Source of the DNA: a bacterium
Lineage (GTDB): Bacteria; Patescibacteriota; Minisyncoccia; UBA6257; GWB1-50-10
NCBI GenBank assembly: GCA_021814165.1
Contig: JAKAIX010000001.1
Span: 216,369-280,368, forward strand
Length of the DNA stretch: 64,000 nucleotides
Direction: 5' to 3'
This document shows, piece after piece, positions 48,034 to 57,428 of the stretch. Each line of letters opens with the position of its first letter. Position 1 is the first letter of the stretch. The notes beneath the pieces are model-generated. The model did not search any database. It was not told where the DNA came from and was given only the letters and a program-made list of their open reading frames with translations. The translations under genes and the position numbers were made by a program.

Positions 48034-49041
48034 TTATTTTGAAAGTATCTTCGCCGCCTCATCCGGATCCACCGAATTGATCTGGATCCCCGTCCCCAGT
48101 TCAAATCCGGCGTCGACGCCAAGTTTCGGAACGACTTCGATATGCCAGTGGTAATGACCATAGAACGCACGACGTCTGACGGGTGCCGTATGGATATAAA
48201 AATTATAGTCGGGGTCATGGAGCTTCCGCTTGATTCTTTTGAGCGCTTCTTGGAGCGCAAGCGCCGCGTCTTTCAGTTCTTCCTCCGGGGTCGTCTCGAA
48301 ATACGGAATGTGGCGGAGCGGATATACGCGCAGCTGAAACGGCTCACGGGAAACATACGGCGCGACGACGACTGCCGATTTGTTTTTGAACACGATGCGC
48401 TTTCCCGCCCTCAGTTCATGTTCAATCACGAAATCGTGCATGCAGCGCTTCTGCGCGCGAAAAAAGCGTCCCGAATTACCGAGCGAAACCTCGACGGATT
48501 TGGGAATGATCGGCACGGCGATAATCTGATAATGAGGATGATACACGCTCGCGCCGGCTCCCGGTCCCCAATTATGGAACACGGAGATGTAGGCGACTTC
48601 TTTCTCGCGTCGCAACAATCGGTAGTGTTCTTGTATCGCTTTCAGTACTCCCGTTGCGCTATCCGGCGAAAGATTCGGGAAGTTCGCGTCGTGGTCTCTC
48701 GTCACAATCAGGTCGTGGTGACCGAATCCTTTGAGGAGCTCGTAGGCGCCGTTCCTTCTCTTCAAGAGCGAGCGGTTTCCATGAACGAGCGCGGGGTATT
48801 TGTTTTCAAGAACCGCAATCTCCCAATCCTTGCCGCGACCGTAAAGCGTAATTATCTTCTGTCCTTCCAGCGTCCCTTCGAAGGGACATGTTTTCTCGGG
48901 AGTCCTTACGCGGGGTTTTTTCTTCCTAAAGCTGTCGGGTCGTTTTCCCCGCTTGGGGGCGATGATAACCCAGTTACCTGATATGAGATCGTGGCGTATT
49001 TCGGGACTCTTTATCATGCGTATTTGCCGGTCCAGAGCCAT
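48034..49041 (-). CDS. galT: galactose-1-phosphate uridylyltransferase (HIT-like GalT)
   Basis: Zn/His motif region and active site FHNWGPGAGASVYHPHYQIIAVP (HPH-Q). Confidence 0.85.
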   Translation of the reverse strand: MALDRQIRMIKSPEIRHDLISGNWVIIAPKRGKRPDSFRKKKPRVRTPEKTCPFEGTLEGQKIITLYGRGKDWEIAVLENKYPALVHGNRSLLKRRNGAYELLKGFGHHDLIVTRDHDANFPNLSPDSATGVLKAIQEHYRLLRREKEVAYISVFHNWGPGAGASVYHPHYQIIAVPIIPKSVEVSLGNSGRFFRAQKRCMHDFVIEHELRAGKRIVFKNKSAVVVAPYVSREPFQLRVYPLRHIPYFETTPEEELKDAALALQEALKRIKRKLHDPDYNFYIHTAPVRRRAFYGHYHWHIEVVPKLGVDAGFELGTGIQINSVDPDEAAKILSK

Positions 49042-49736
49042 ACCCGGACGCGAACCACGTCCCAGAGCGTTGAGATATAGGCCTTGAGACCGACGTTCGA
49101 GCGCGTGTCATTTACCCATCTTACCGGCATTTCTTTCACTCTGTATCCGAAGAGTTTCGCGAGCGCAATCGCTTCGACGTCGAATCCCCAACGGTCGATT
49201 TTCATAAGGGGAAACACCGCCTTCGCCGCTTCTTCGGAAAAGCACTTAAAACCGCACTGAGTATCATGAATGCCGCGCGCGACGAGAAGCTGGATGAAAA
49301 GGTTTCCCCCCTTTCCCAAAATCTGGCGGTACCACGGCTGCGGCGGTTCGAGCTTTGCGCCGGGAACCGCGCGTGATCCGCAGACCACGCCGTATCCCTC
49401 CTTAAAATACGGCAGCATGTTCTCGAATTGATCAACGGACGTCGAATTATCCGCGTCCATAAAAAGACGGAAGTTCCCTTTTGCTTCAAGCATCGCCTGC
49501 CGCACTACGAACCCCTTCCCGTGATTCTCTTCGTTCACGATGAGACGCAGATTTTTCATGAGATGGCTAAACCGCGTCACCACTTCGACCGTCGCGTCGG
49601 TCGATCCATCGCTTATCACAATCACTTCGGACGAGTATTCCGCCTGCTTCAAATGACGATCGACGTCGACGAGCGTAAGCGGGAGACGCTTTGCTTCGTT
49701 CTTCGCGGGGATAATGACGGAAAGAAAAGGCTTCAT
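49014..49736 (-). CDS. family 2 glycosyltransferase (polyprenyl-phosphate sugar synthase-like)
   Basis: LSVIIPAKNEA...VIVISDGSTD...DAD GT2 motifs (DxD, QxxRW-less short form). Start set at ATG 49736. Confidence 0.85.
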   Translation of the reverse strand: MKPFLSVIIPAKNEAKRLPLTLVDVDRHLKQAEYSSEVIVISDGSTDATVEVVTRFSHLMKNLRLIVNEENHGKGFVVRQAMLEAKGNFRLFMDADNSTSVDQFENMLPYFKEGYGVVCGSRAVPGAKLEPPQPWYRQILGKGGNLFIQLLVARGIHDTQCGFKCFSEEAAKAVFPLMKIDRWGFDVEAIALAKLFGYRVKEMPVRWVNDTRSNVGLKAYISTLWDVVRVRVWLWTGKYA

Positions 49737-49739
49737 GGT

Positions 49740-49843
49740 GAGAATTTCCAATTTTCAATGGCCAATGATCAATAAATTTTAGAATCGCAAAATTTTAAAA
49801 TTGAAAAAATAATTGGAAATTGATAATTGAAAATTGAAAATTA
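49740..49843. repeat. AT-rich MITE-like element, copy B (reverse orientation relative to A, C and D)
   Basis: TTCCAATTTTCAATGGCCAATGATCAATAAA...AATTGGAAATTGATAATTGAAAATTGAAAATT. Fills the gap between the GtrA stop and the GT2 start. Confidence 0.6.
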
Positions 49844-50443
49844 TTCATTAGTGCTATTTCTGAATACAATTAATTTGTAGCTTAAGAAGTTCCACATGAA
49901 CCCGGCGAACACGCCAAAGAGCGCGCCGACATTCGCCCACAATTTCGGATTCATCTGGCCCGGTACGCCGATCACATTCACGACAAGAGAGGCGATGCCG
50001 ACGTTGATAAGCGTCCCCCCGAGCGTGAAAAGCGCAAACCGGAGATACTCCTTGCCGGTTACCGGCACTCTGCTTCCGAAAGTCCAAAACTTGTTCCAAA
50101 AATAACTGTTTGTGGTCGCGATAAGGAACGAGATTGTCTTGAAACCGACGAACGGAACGCCGGAGGCGAGATCGGTGAGAAGAATGAGAAAATTTAACAC
50201 CCCGAGATCAACGAGCGTATTCAAGGTGCCGACCGCCGCGAATTTCCCGAACTGCTCGAACACTCCCCACTTTCGGGAAAGCAGTTTTAGTATCCAAAGT
50301 GCGAACGGAGCGAATAACGTGAATCCCACTACGGTAACCAAGAAAAACGCCGCAGTTATCGGAATGCCGATATTCGCCGCCGGAAGCGCTACGAGCCATC
50401 CGACCAAAAATCCTATTACCGCGACAAGATAGAAATCACGCAT
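49841..50443 (-). CDS. GtrA-family membrane protein (polysaccharide synthesis/flippase-associated)
   Basis: 200 aa, 4-5 TM. GtrA-like core FGKFAAVGTLNTLVDLGVLNFLI...NSYFWNKFWTF. Confidence 0.7.
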   Translation of the reverse strand: MRDFYLVAVIGFLVGWLVALPAANIGIPITAAFFLVTVVGFTLFAPFALWILKLLSRKWGVFEQFGKFAAVGTLNTLVDLGVLNFLILLTDLASGVPFVGFKTISFLIATTNSYFWNKFWTFGSRVPVTGKEYLRFALFTLGGTLINVGIASLVVNVIGVPGQMNPKLWANVGALFGVFAGFMWNFLSYKLIVFRNSTNE

Positions 50444-50447
50444 ATGT

Positions 50448-52811
50448 TCAGTTTCTCAGATAAGAGTAGATTTCGCGCTCGACTTCTTCGCGATCCCGTC
50501 CGTACGTCATGCGGGAACGGTTTTTCAGTTCTCCGCTCAGCGCGACGTCGCCTACGTCGGCTCTCGGGATTCTTATATTGAAAGGACGCGAAGTTTCCCC
50601 GTGTATCAGGAGTTTAACATAGGCGTTGAAGTTATCAATGTTCACGAGATCCTGTTCGGTAAACACGGGCGCAAAATGTTTTACGAGATACTCCGCGTCA
50701 TCCGCGCCGACGCGGAATGAAACCATCGATCCCACGTTGCCGAATACAGCGTTCCTGATCGTGTCGGTGAGCTGGCCGATAAACTGATGCGCGATGATGA
50801 GATCAAGCTTGTATTTCCTCGCTTCCGAGAGGATGATCGCGATCGAGTCCGTAGTGAAGTTCTGGAACTCATCGATGTAGAGGTAAAAATCCCTGCGCCG
50901 CTCCTGAGGTATGTCGACGCGTCCCAGGGCCGCCATGAGAATTCTTCCCACCACAATCATGCCCAGGAGATTCGCATTGATGTCTCCGAGTTTCCCCTTT
51001 GCAAGATTGATGAGGAGAATCTTTCCTTCGTCCATGATGGTCCTGAAATTGAACGCCGATTTCGCCTGGCCGATAATCGGGCGCATATAATCGTTCGTGG
51101 TAAAGTTGTTGAACTTTGACCCGACGTACGTCGTCATGTTGGCAAGCGACGCCTCGCCGGTAACTTTCGCCGCTTCCTTCGTCCAAAAATCGAGAACGAT
51201 CGGATTCGCCGCGCGGGCAAGTTTCCGCTGTCGAAACTCGAGATCGCTGAAGAGGCGGGGCACCTGCATCAAAGTCGCCGGCTCGTACTTCGCGTCCTCC
51301 ATAAGGAGAAGAAGCGCGTTTCTCATATACTGCTCGAACATGGGGCCGCCCGTATTCTTCAAGTCGTACAACTTGTCGAAAATGGACAGCATTTCGTTTA
51401 CGATCGAGGTTTTTTCTTCGGGCCTCGAGAAATCGTACTCAAGCATATTGAGTCCCACGGGACGCGAGAGGTCGCCCGGTTCGAACACGATCACGTCCGA
51501 GAAGCGGTCCCTCGGAACGAGACCAAGGACGTCTTCCACGAGATCTCCGTGCGGATCGATAACCGCAACTCCTTTCCCGTTCCGTATGTCATCCGCGATC
51601 ATTCTTGTCTCCAGGTTCGATTTCCCGGTACCCGTCTGTCCTACGATATACAAATGACGGCGCCTGTCTTCGTCCATAATCCGGACGTCTTTCGTCTCGC
51701 CGCGGAATGCGCTCTCGCCAATCGTCACGCCCTCTTTCGGGAGATTCACCGGAGGAGACGCTTCTCTCGCTTTCAAATACTTGATGTGCGGTACGACGGT
51801 AAACGGCGTCGGGAAATGGAAAATACTCGCCAGCTCCTCGCTGTTTAACACCATCGCCTCGCCGGCATCGAATTCCCTATAAGAGTATTTATAGAAGATG
51901 TCTTTCTGATTTCTCGGCTGTACGACACGAAATTCGTTCCGTGAAGGAGCATCAAGCTGGGAAAAACCCGCCACGATGCCCTGAAAAATGGACTGCGCCT
52001 GGACGTCGCTCGGAGCGGATACCACCACCCTCACGTTCACTTCAAAGAAGGGCTTCGAGAGTTTCCCGCTGATGGTTTTTATGGCGTCCTCGTCGACTCG
52101 CTTCGGGGCATCTTCGTTTTCTTCCTTGGCTTTTTTACCCGAGATCGCTCCTCCCAATTCGGAAAGAGGGATCGCCTCGCGGGAACGAAGCACCTCTCCC
52201 AACCTCCACCCTTTTTTCAGCACCTTTAACACCGACTGGGCTTCCTTTTTTAGCTTGCTCCGGGCGGGTTTCACCACAAACTGAACCGCGCCTCCTTCTC
52301 CCACTTCTTCTATTTTTGAAAGGCCTCCTATTATGGGAAGAAACGTATCGGCATCTATCTCTTCATACGTGCGAATAGGGAGCACGAAACGTTCTTTCTG
52401 CGTTACGAATCCGCCAAGCGCGACACCGGTATAGTTGAAAATATTGAAATCTTCCGCCGGCTCCACCGTCGCTTCGGGCCATAGAGAGTGCACTTGTCGC
52501 ACGAGCGCATCGGCGAACCTTCCGGGAACCGCCCCGTAAAAAGATATCTCGCGGCCAACGTGCGGAACGGCGATCTCGAATATGAAGGGTTTATTGAACG
52601 ACGCGAGTGCGTTAAAGAGCTGTTCGGAGATATTGATCTCCTTCTTCAAATCTTTCCCCTCTTGCGATCCCTGGGGGATTTTTATGAGAAACAGTTTTTG
52701 TCCGAGTTCTTCAAGAAGTCTCTTGCGCGCTTGCGCGCGCGAGAGAAAATACAACCACACGCAGGCGGCGGCGATGAGGACAAATACGAATATGCTGAGG
52801 AGAGGAGACAT
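50448..52811 (-). CDS. membrane-anchored P-loop ATPase, TraG/VirD4/TraD coupling-protein-like C-terminal domain with ~400-aa N-terminal domain of unknown function
   Basis: N-terminal TM helix. Walker A YIVGQTGTGKSNL at about residue 430. Walker B LYIDEFQNF. TraG-D_C-like block ARKYKLDLIIAHQFIGQL...VSFRVGADDAEYL. Start set at ATG 52811; the TTG at 52841 would translate MITE sequence. Confidence 0.55.
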   Translation of the reverse strand: MSPLLSIFVFVLIAAACVWLYFLSRAQARKRLLEELGQKLFLIKIPQGSQEGKDLKKEINISEQLFNALASFNKPFIFEIAVPHVGREISFYGAVPGRFADALVRQVHSLWPEATVEPAEDFNIFNYTGVALGGFVTQKERFVLPIRTYEEIDADTFLPIIGGLSKIEEVGEGGAVQFVVKPARSKLKKEAQSVLKVLKKGWRLGEVLRSREAIPLSELGGAISGKKAKEENEDAPKRVDEDAIKTISGKLSKPFFEVNVRVVVSAPSDVQAQSIFQGIVAGFSQLDAPSRNEFRVVQPRNQKDIFYKYSYREFDAGEAMVLNSEELASIFHFPTPFTVVPHIKYLKAREASPPVNLPKEGVTIGESAFRGETKDVRIMDEDRRRHLYIVGQTGTGKSNLETRMIADDIRNGKGVAVIDPHGDLVEDVLGLVPRDRFSDVIVFEPGDLSRPVGLNMLEYDFSRPEEKTSIVNEMLSIFDKLYDLKNTGGPMFEQYMRNALLLLMEDAKYEPATLMQVPRLFSDLEFRQRKLARAANPIVLDFWTKEAAKVTGEASLANMTTYVGSKFNNFTTNDYMRPIIGQAKSAFNFRTIMDEGKILLINLAKGKLGDINANLLGMIVVGRILMAALGRVDIPQERRRDFYLYIDEFQNFTTDSIAIILSEARKYKLDLIIAHQFIGQLTDTIRNAVFGNVGSMVSFRVGADDAEYLVKHFAPVFTEQDLVNIDNFNAYVKLLIHGETSRPFNIRIPRADVGDVALSGELKNRSRMTYGRDREEVEREIYSYLRN

Positions 52812-52915
52812 AAATGAAAATTTCCAATTATCAATTTTCAATTTTCAATAAACGGCGACTGGAAAAATTGTATGATTTTACAATTAATTGGAAACTGATC
52901 ATTGAAAATTGAAAA
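52812..52915. repeat. AT-rich MITE-like element, copy C
   Basis: TTCCAATTATCAATTTTCAATTTTCAAT ... ATTGAAAATTGAAAATT terminal inverted repeats. Fills the entire intergenic gap upstream of the ATPase gene. Confidence 0.6.
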
Positions 52916-53362
52916 TTATTTTATGAGTCCTCTCTTCTTCAATTCGGGAAGAACCTTGTCGATGAGCGCGTCATGAAACGCATCCTCGATGAAAGCGGGG
53001 TATCGCTTTGCTTCCGTAACCGCTTTCTCGATATCCTCGTCAAACACCATCTGCACCAGGTGTTCTACCGTTTTTGTTACATCCTCCGAGTTTCCTTCCG
53101 TCGTCAGATAGGAAGGAAGGAAATCGTCGCGGGGAACGGGTGGAGTATCGGGTGGCGGAGGAGGAACCGCCGCATCGGATTCTGAGGAAGGAACGGGTGC
53201 CGCCTCGGCGAGTGATCGCAGAGATCGCCGCACCACTTCCTCCTCAGGCACCCCTTGAAATTCGGGTGTCTCGAGGTTTTTCCGGACTTCATGACCGAGA
53301 CGCGCGAAACTCCTCTCGAGATTTTCGCTGAAGTTTTGGACTTGCACCATGGTATAATGCAA
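52916..53362 (-). CDS. hypothetical protein (148 aa, Pro-rich linker, helical C-terminal domain)
   Basis: Clean ORF between MITE copy C and the divergent GT39 gene. No motif recognised. Confidence 0.4.
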   Translation of the reverse strand: MHYTMVQVQNFSENLERSFARLGHEVRKNLETPEFQGVPEEEVVRRSLRSLAEAAPVPSSESDAAVPPPPPDTPPVPRDDFLPSYLTTEGNSEDVTKTVEHLVQMVFDEDIEKAVTEAKRYPAFIEDAFHDALIDKVLPELKKRGLIK

Positions 53363-53373
53363 TTATAGAACAA

Positions 53374-54978
53374 ATGAACTTTCTCCGCACCTTTCTCATC
53401 TTCGTCTGCGTGCTTACAATCGCTTCGTTCTTTCGTCTTTATGCGCTGAACACCACTCCTCCCGGCCTTTACCCCGATGAAGCGATGAACGGTAACAATG
53501 CCCTTGAGGCGATCGGAAATTCCGCGCCCGGAAAGGGATTCAAGGTTTTCTATCCCGAGAACAATGGAAGAGAAGGATTATTCATAAACATACAGGGATT
53601 ATTCCTGAAAATGCTGATTCCCCAAGCCGGAGGGGACGCGGAGCCATGGATGTTGCGCCTCCCCAGCGCCTTGTTCGGCATTATAACCGTGGCGGGCGTT
53701 TTTTTCCTGGCAAAAGAGTTGTTTAAGAAAAATTCGGTTGCGTTGCTTTCGATGTTTCTTCTTGCAACCAGTTTCTGGCACATCAACTTTTCCCGTATCG
53801 GCTTCCGCGCCATCATGGCACCCTGTTTTTTGATATGGGGCATTTATCTTCTACTTCTGGCATTTAGAAAATTACAAGAGTCCAAGGATTCCCTCCTTGC
53901 AGGGACTATTTCGAGAGGATATAGATCCATAATTCATAATTCTTTATTCCCGTTATTCGCGGGAGCAGTGTACGGTCTCGGCATGCATTCCTATATCGCC
54001 TATCGCGCAACGCCGCTCATAATCGCGGTTATTTTCTTGTTTTTCGCGCGTACGATCGGATGGAAAAAGATGGGAGTAATTGCGATGTGGTTCGTGCTCG
54101 GCGCGCTTATCGTCTCCGTTCCGCTCATTTCCTATTTTCTGCAGAATCCCCATGATTTCTTCGGACGCACCTCCGAGGTATCCGTATTCTCCTCTTCTTC
54201 TCCCCTCGGGGAACTCGGGCTGAACGTCATAAAGACAATCGGCATGCTGTTCTTCGTCGGCGACTCCAATTGGCGTCACAATCTCTCGGGCGCGCCCGAG
54301 CTCTTATGGCCGGTAGCTATCCTGTTTCTTATTGGCACTGTTGTTGGAATAAAAACGCTTTTCAAAAATGTCAAAGTCCAAATGCCAAATGACAAATCAA
54401 TGACAAAAGCTCAAATGACTGAAAACGGGTTTAGTCGTTTCTCATTTGGAATTTGGATTTTAGCTGCGTGGCTCATTACTGCTATTTTCCCCGTGGTCTT
54501 CTCAAACGAAGGGATACCTCATGCGCTTCGATCGATACTCATGATTCCCCCCGTCTTCATCCTCGCAGGGTTCGGGGGAATAACGCTTTATGAGTGGATG
54601 CTGCCGAAATGGGAGCGCGCTCCGTGGAAACGGGTGCTTCCCGCAACCGCTTTTCTTCTTCTCGCGTTCGTTGTGGCAGTCACTTACTGGAATTACTTCA
54701 TGGTATGGGGCGAGAATCGAAATACCGCCGGCGCATTCACCGAAGAATATGTTACGATGGGGAAAAAACTAAATGAGATCCCTAAGAACGTCCCGAAATA
54801 CGTGATAGTGGAAGCGGGCGGCGTCCTGGTGCGCGGAATTCCCATGCCGGCGCAGACGGTCATGTTTATAACCGACACCTTCACGAAAGGGGGGCAGGAA
54901 AAGAAAAACATTCACTACGTGCTTCCGGAAAATGCGGGGAGCATTCCGGAAGGGGGCTACGTAGTCACTATAAAATAG
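53374..54978 (+). CDS. GT39/GT83-type glycosyltransferase (ArnT/PMT-like polyprenyl-phosphate-sugar dependent transferase)
   Basis: About 12 TM. N-terminal RLYALNTTPPGLYPDEAMNGNNALE (conserved DE loop of PMT/ArnT family). Confidence 0.7.
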   Translation: MNFLRTFLIFVCVLTIASFFRLYALNTTPPGLYPDEAMNGNNALEAIGNSAPGKGFKVFYPENNGREGLFINIQGLFLKMLIPQAGGDAEPWMLRLPSALFGIITVAGVFFLAKELFKKNSVALLSMFLLATSFWHINFSRIGFRAIMAPCFLIWGIYLLLLAFRKLQESKDSLLAGTISRGYRSIIHNSLFPLFAGAVYGLGMHSYIAYRATPLIIAVIFLFFARTIGWKKMGVIAMWFVLGALIVSVPLISYFLQNPHDFFGRTSEVSVFSSSSPLGELGLNVIKTIGMLFFVGDSNWRHNLSGAPELLWPVAILFLIGTVVGIKTLFKNVKVQMPNDKSMTKAQMTENGFSRFSFGIWILAAWLITAIFPVVFSNEGIPHALRSILMIPPVFILAGFGGITLYEWMLPKWERAPWKRVLPATAFLLLAFVVAVTYWNYFMVWGENRNTAGAFTEEYVTMGKKLNEIPKNVPKYVIVEAGGVLVRGIPMPAQTVMFITDTFTKGGQEKKNIHYVLPENAGSIPEGGYVVTIK

Positions 54979-55041
54979 ACACGGATTCATACGGATACGG
55001 TATCGGTATTAATCCGTCAAAATCCGTATGAATCCGTGTCT

Positions 55042-56376
55042 TTACTGCTGGGAAAGATTTTGTATTTGGAACGACCCAAGCGGGGTATTTGTGATATTCG
55101 TCCCCGATGCATAACCATTGTCCGGCGTCGTTACCGGCCCCGCCGTTCCGCTTCCACCCGACCAATCCGTCTGCCGCAGGAGAAAGTTCTTCCATCGCGT
55201 GAGATATCCGCCGAGCGAGAATTGCGCCGTGGTTCCGTTTGCGGCCCACTCGGCAACCGCCGTTGCCTTCTGCGTTAACGGGTCGTCGATCGAGCCGCCG
55301 CCGCACGGAGAAACTCCGGTATTGGTACTCGAGGCGTCATTCGATCGACACACGTTCTCGACGTAAAAATATCGATCAAAAATCCCCGATTTATACATCT
55401 GCGACACTTCGCTCGCCGAGAGGGCACGATTATACACGCGGACATCGTCCAACATCCCCGAATACGGACTCCCTCCGGCTGTTCCCCTACCGCCGATAAC
55501 AAGAGGGTATGCGTTCGCTATATTGCTCTGAGTAATGGTCCCGGACTGGCTCACGGAAACGCCGTCGACATAAATATTGGCCGTACTGCTTGTCATTGCG
55601 GTGCCGACAACAAAGTGCCAACTGCCGTCATTATAAGAAAGCGGCGTCGAGATATCGAAATAACCGCCGGAGCATGAACCGGCGAGATCGCAGGAAGAGA
55701 ATCTCACTTTTCCTCCCCCCGAGAAAAACATCTCATACCCTCCTCCCGAACCGCCGTTGGACTTCGAAACCATAAAAGCGTACGTCGCGGTCGAAGTGCT
55801 TTTTATCCAAAAAGAAACCGAGTACGCGCTGGTCGGATCGAGAACGCCGCTCGGGGGATCGGTTACGGTCACATAGCTGTTTAACCCGTTGAAGCTCAGA
55901 CAGTTCGCAATTTTGCACGTGGAACTTGCTCTTGCCGGGCTGTTCATTAATGTTCCGTTGTTTCCGTCTCCGGACACGTCATATGTCGTGGTGCTCGTGG
56001 AGCTCGTATCTTCATCGAACCCCCACTCCCCTACGAGGCCGTTCGTCACGTCGTTATCAATCACTCCTTCTTTCCCCTGCACCCCGAACAAACTTGTCCC
56101 CGATGCGACGAGAAAGTAGTGGACACTCGATCCTTTTTGTAAGCCGTATATGTTTTGCCAATTTGCATTCGAAAACGATCTCACTTTTTCGAGAAGCCCT
56201 TGTGTCGTCTCCGAAGCGACGCCGAGATTCTGGTTGGTGCTCGAGGAACGGAGGATGAACGCGACGCCGAAACTCGCCGTACCGATCAAGATAGCTCCAA
56301 TCGAGAGCCCTATCATGATTTCGATCAAACTCTGTCCGGAACGTTCTCTAAAGAAATGATTCAAAAGGCGTTTCAT
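55042..56376 (-). CDS. type IV pilin-like (class III signal peptide) protein with C-terminal LamG/concanavalin-A-like domain
   Basis: Leader MKRLLNHFFRERSG then QSLIEIMIGLSIGAILIG (Glu at +5, hydrophobic helix). C-terminal LamG pattern SFNGLNSYVTV...YSVSFWIK...GSWHFVVGT...IYVDGV...LDDVRVYNRALSASEV. Confidence 0.6.
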   Translation of the reverse strand: MKRLLNHFFRERSGQSLIEIMIGLSIGAILIGTASFGVAFILRSSSTNQNLGVASETTQGLLEKVRSFSNANWQNIYGLQKGSSVHYFLVASGTSLFGVQGKEGVIDNDVTNGLVGEWGFDEDTSSTSTTTYDVSGDGNNGTLMNSPARASSTCKIANCLSFNGLNSYVTVTDPPSGVLDPTSAYSVSFWIKSTSTATYAFMVSKSNGGSGGGYEMFFSGGGKVRFSSCDLAGSCSGGYFDISTPLSYNDGSWHFVVGTAMTSSTANIYVDGVSVSQSGTITQSNIANAYPLVIGGRGTAGGSPYSGMLDDVRVYNRALSASEVSQMYKSGIFDRYFYVENVCRSNDASSTNTGVSPCGGGSIDDPLTQKATAVAEWAANGTTAQFSLGGYLTRWKNFLLRQTDWSGGSGTAGPVTTPDNGYASGTNITNTPLGSFQIQNLSQQ

Positions 56377-56411
56377 CAGTACTTTCTATTATAGAATATT
56401 CGGGAAAATAA

Positions 56412-56450
56412 GGAGGCCGGGCCTCCAGCGGAAGCCCGGCCTCCAAGTTT
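56412..56450. terminator. GC-rich twin-hairpin REP-like terminator GGAGGCCGGGCCTCC-AGC-GGAAGCCCGGCCTCC with flanking T runs on both strands
   Basis: Same unit as at 27557 and 29467. Sits between tRNA-Tyr and the pilin-like gene start. Confidence 0.55.
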
Positions 56451-56464
56451 TAACAACTGCTATG

Positions 56465-56547
56465 TGCGCCGGGAAGGACTCGAACCTTCGATGCCCGTTG
56501 GGCCGCGGATTTACAGTCCGCTGGAATAGCCGCTATCCGACCGGCGC
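56465..56547 (-). tRNA. tRNA-Tyr (anticodon GTA), long variable arm
   Basis: Minus strand reads GCGCCGG...GCGGA-CTGTAAA-TCCGC...GAAGGTTCGAGTCCTTC-CCGGCGC-A. The 83-nt length with a long variable arm is typical of bacterial tRNA-Tyr. Confidence 0.85.
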
Positions 56548-57324
56548 ATGGATAAACTGTTTAAATCTTCTCTGATGCTTTGGATTTCTCGGATTCACTT
56601 CCTTGAAAAATCTCTTCACATCTTCAGTTTTTGTAAGGTATATTTTATGGCTGCTTACCTCCGACGGAGTATATCCTAATATAGACAATGCTCTCTGTAA
56701 ACCTTTCAATAGCGGCAGTGAATAGTTGGTAAAAGATATCTGGATTCCGTATTTTATTTTGTACACAGATCCATCCGTATCAAAAAAACCTCTTAAAAAA
56801 CCTTCTATAAAAGACCTCTTTATGAAAATCCAACGAGGGACACCTACTTGAAATCTCACCTTATTTTTTACAAAACCCTCTTTAAAAAGCCACGATGTCG
56901 CAAACGTTGAGCCGAGATAGACATCCCGATATCCGGTATCCCGAATGGATATCTTTGCGGGCGCGCGGAAGATTTTCGAAATAAGTACCCGCACATATTC
57001 TGCATATTCCGCTTCTTTATTCCCGAGATGTACCAATATCTGAAAATGGGAAACATGCCCATCACCAAGCATGATACCAAAGAATTCTGCGATGCGTTCC
57101 GAATACCTCTTCGGTAAAATAACATCCGTGCGTCTCTTTAGGTAATGTTTCTTAAGGTGCGGAGTGGGCTTTATTTTTAAACGAATCAAACGCTTAAATA
57201 CTGTTTGCTCCGCGATCCCTAACTCAAACGAGATCTCCTTAATAGACTTATTTTGTCTGATATAAAGATCTTTCAGTTCCCTTGAATATTTTTTCTCTTC
57301 TGACTTTGTCCACCTCATCGGCAT
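56533..57324 (-). CDS. LAGLIDADG-family homing endonuclease-like protein with N-terminal HTH
   Basis: Two LAGLIDADG motifs about 95 aa apart (FFGIMLGDGHV and LRGFFDTDGSVYKIK). HTH-like SIKEISFELGIAEQTVFKRLIRL. Lower GC than its surroundings. The 3' end overlaps the tRNA-Tyr 5' end by about 15 nt. Confidence 0.65.
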   Translation of the reverse strand: MPMRWTKSEEKKYSRELKDLYIRQNKSIKEISFELGIAEQTVFKRLIRLKIKPTPHLKKHYLKRRTDVILPKRYSERIAEFFGIMLGDGHVSHFQILVHLGNKEAEYAEYVRVLISKIFRAPAKISIRDTGYRDVYLGSTFATSWLFKEGFVKNKVRFQVGVPRWIFIKRSFIEGFLRGFFDTDGSVYKIKYGIQISFTNYSLPLLKGLQRALSILGYTPSEVSSHKIYLTKTEDVKRFFKEVNPRNPKHQRRFKQFIHAPVG

Positions 57325-57428
57325 ATTTCAATGGTACATTCACAAAGTTATTTTTGCAATTGACAGCTCAACCACATAAGCCAACAAAAAACCCGGCGTC
57401 CTCGCCGGATAACCACGGTTTTGCCCTT

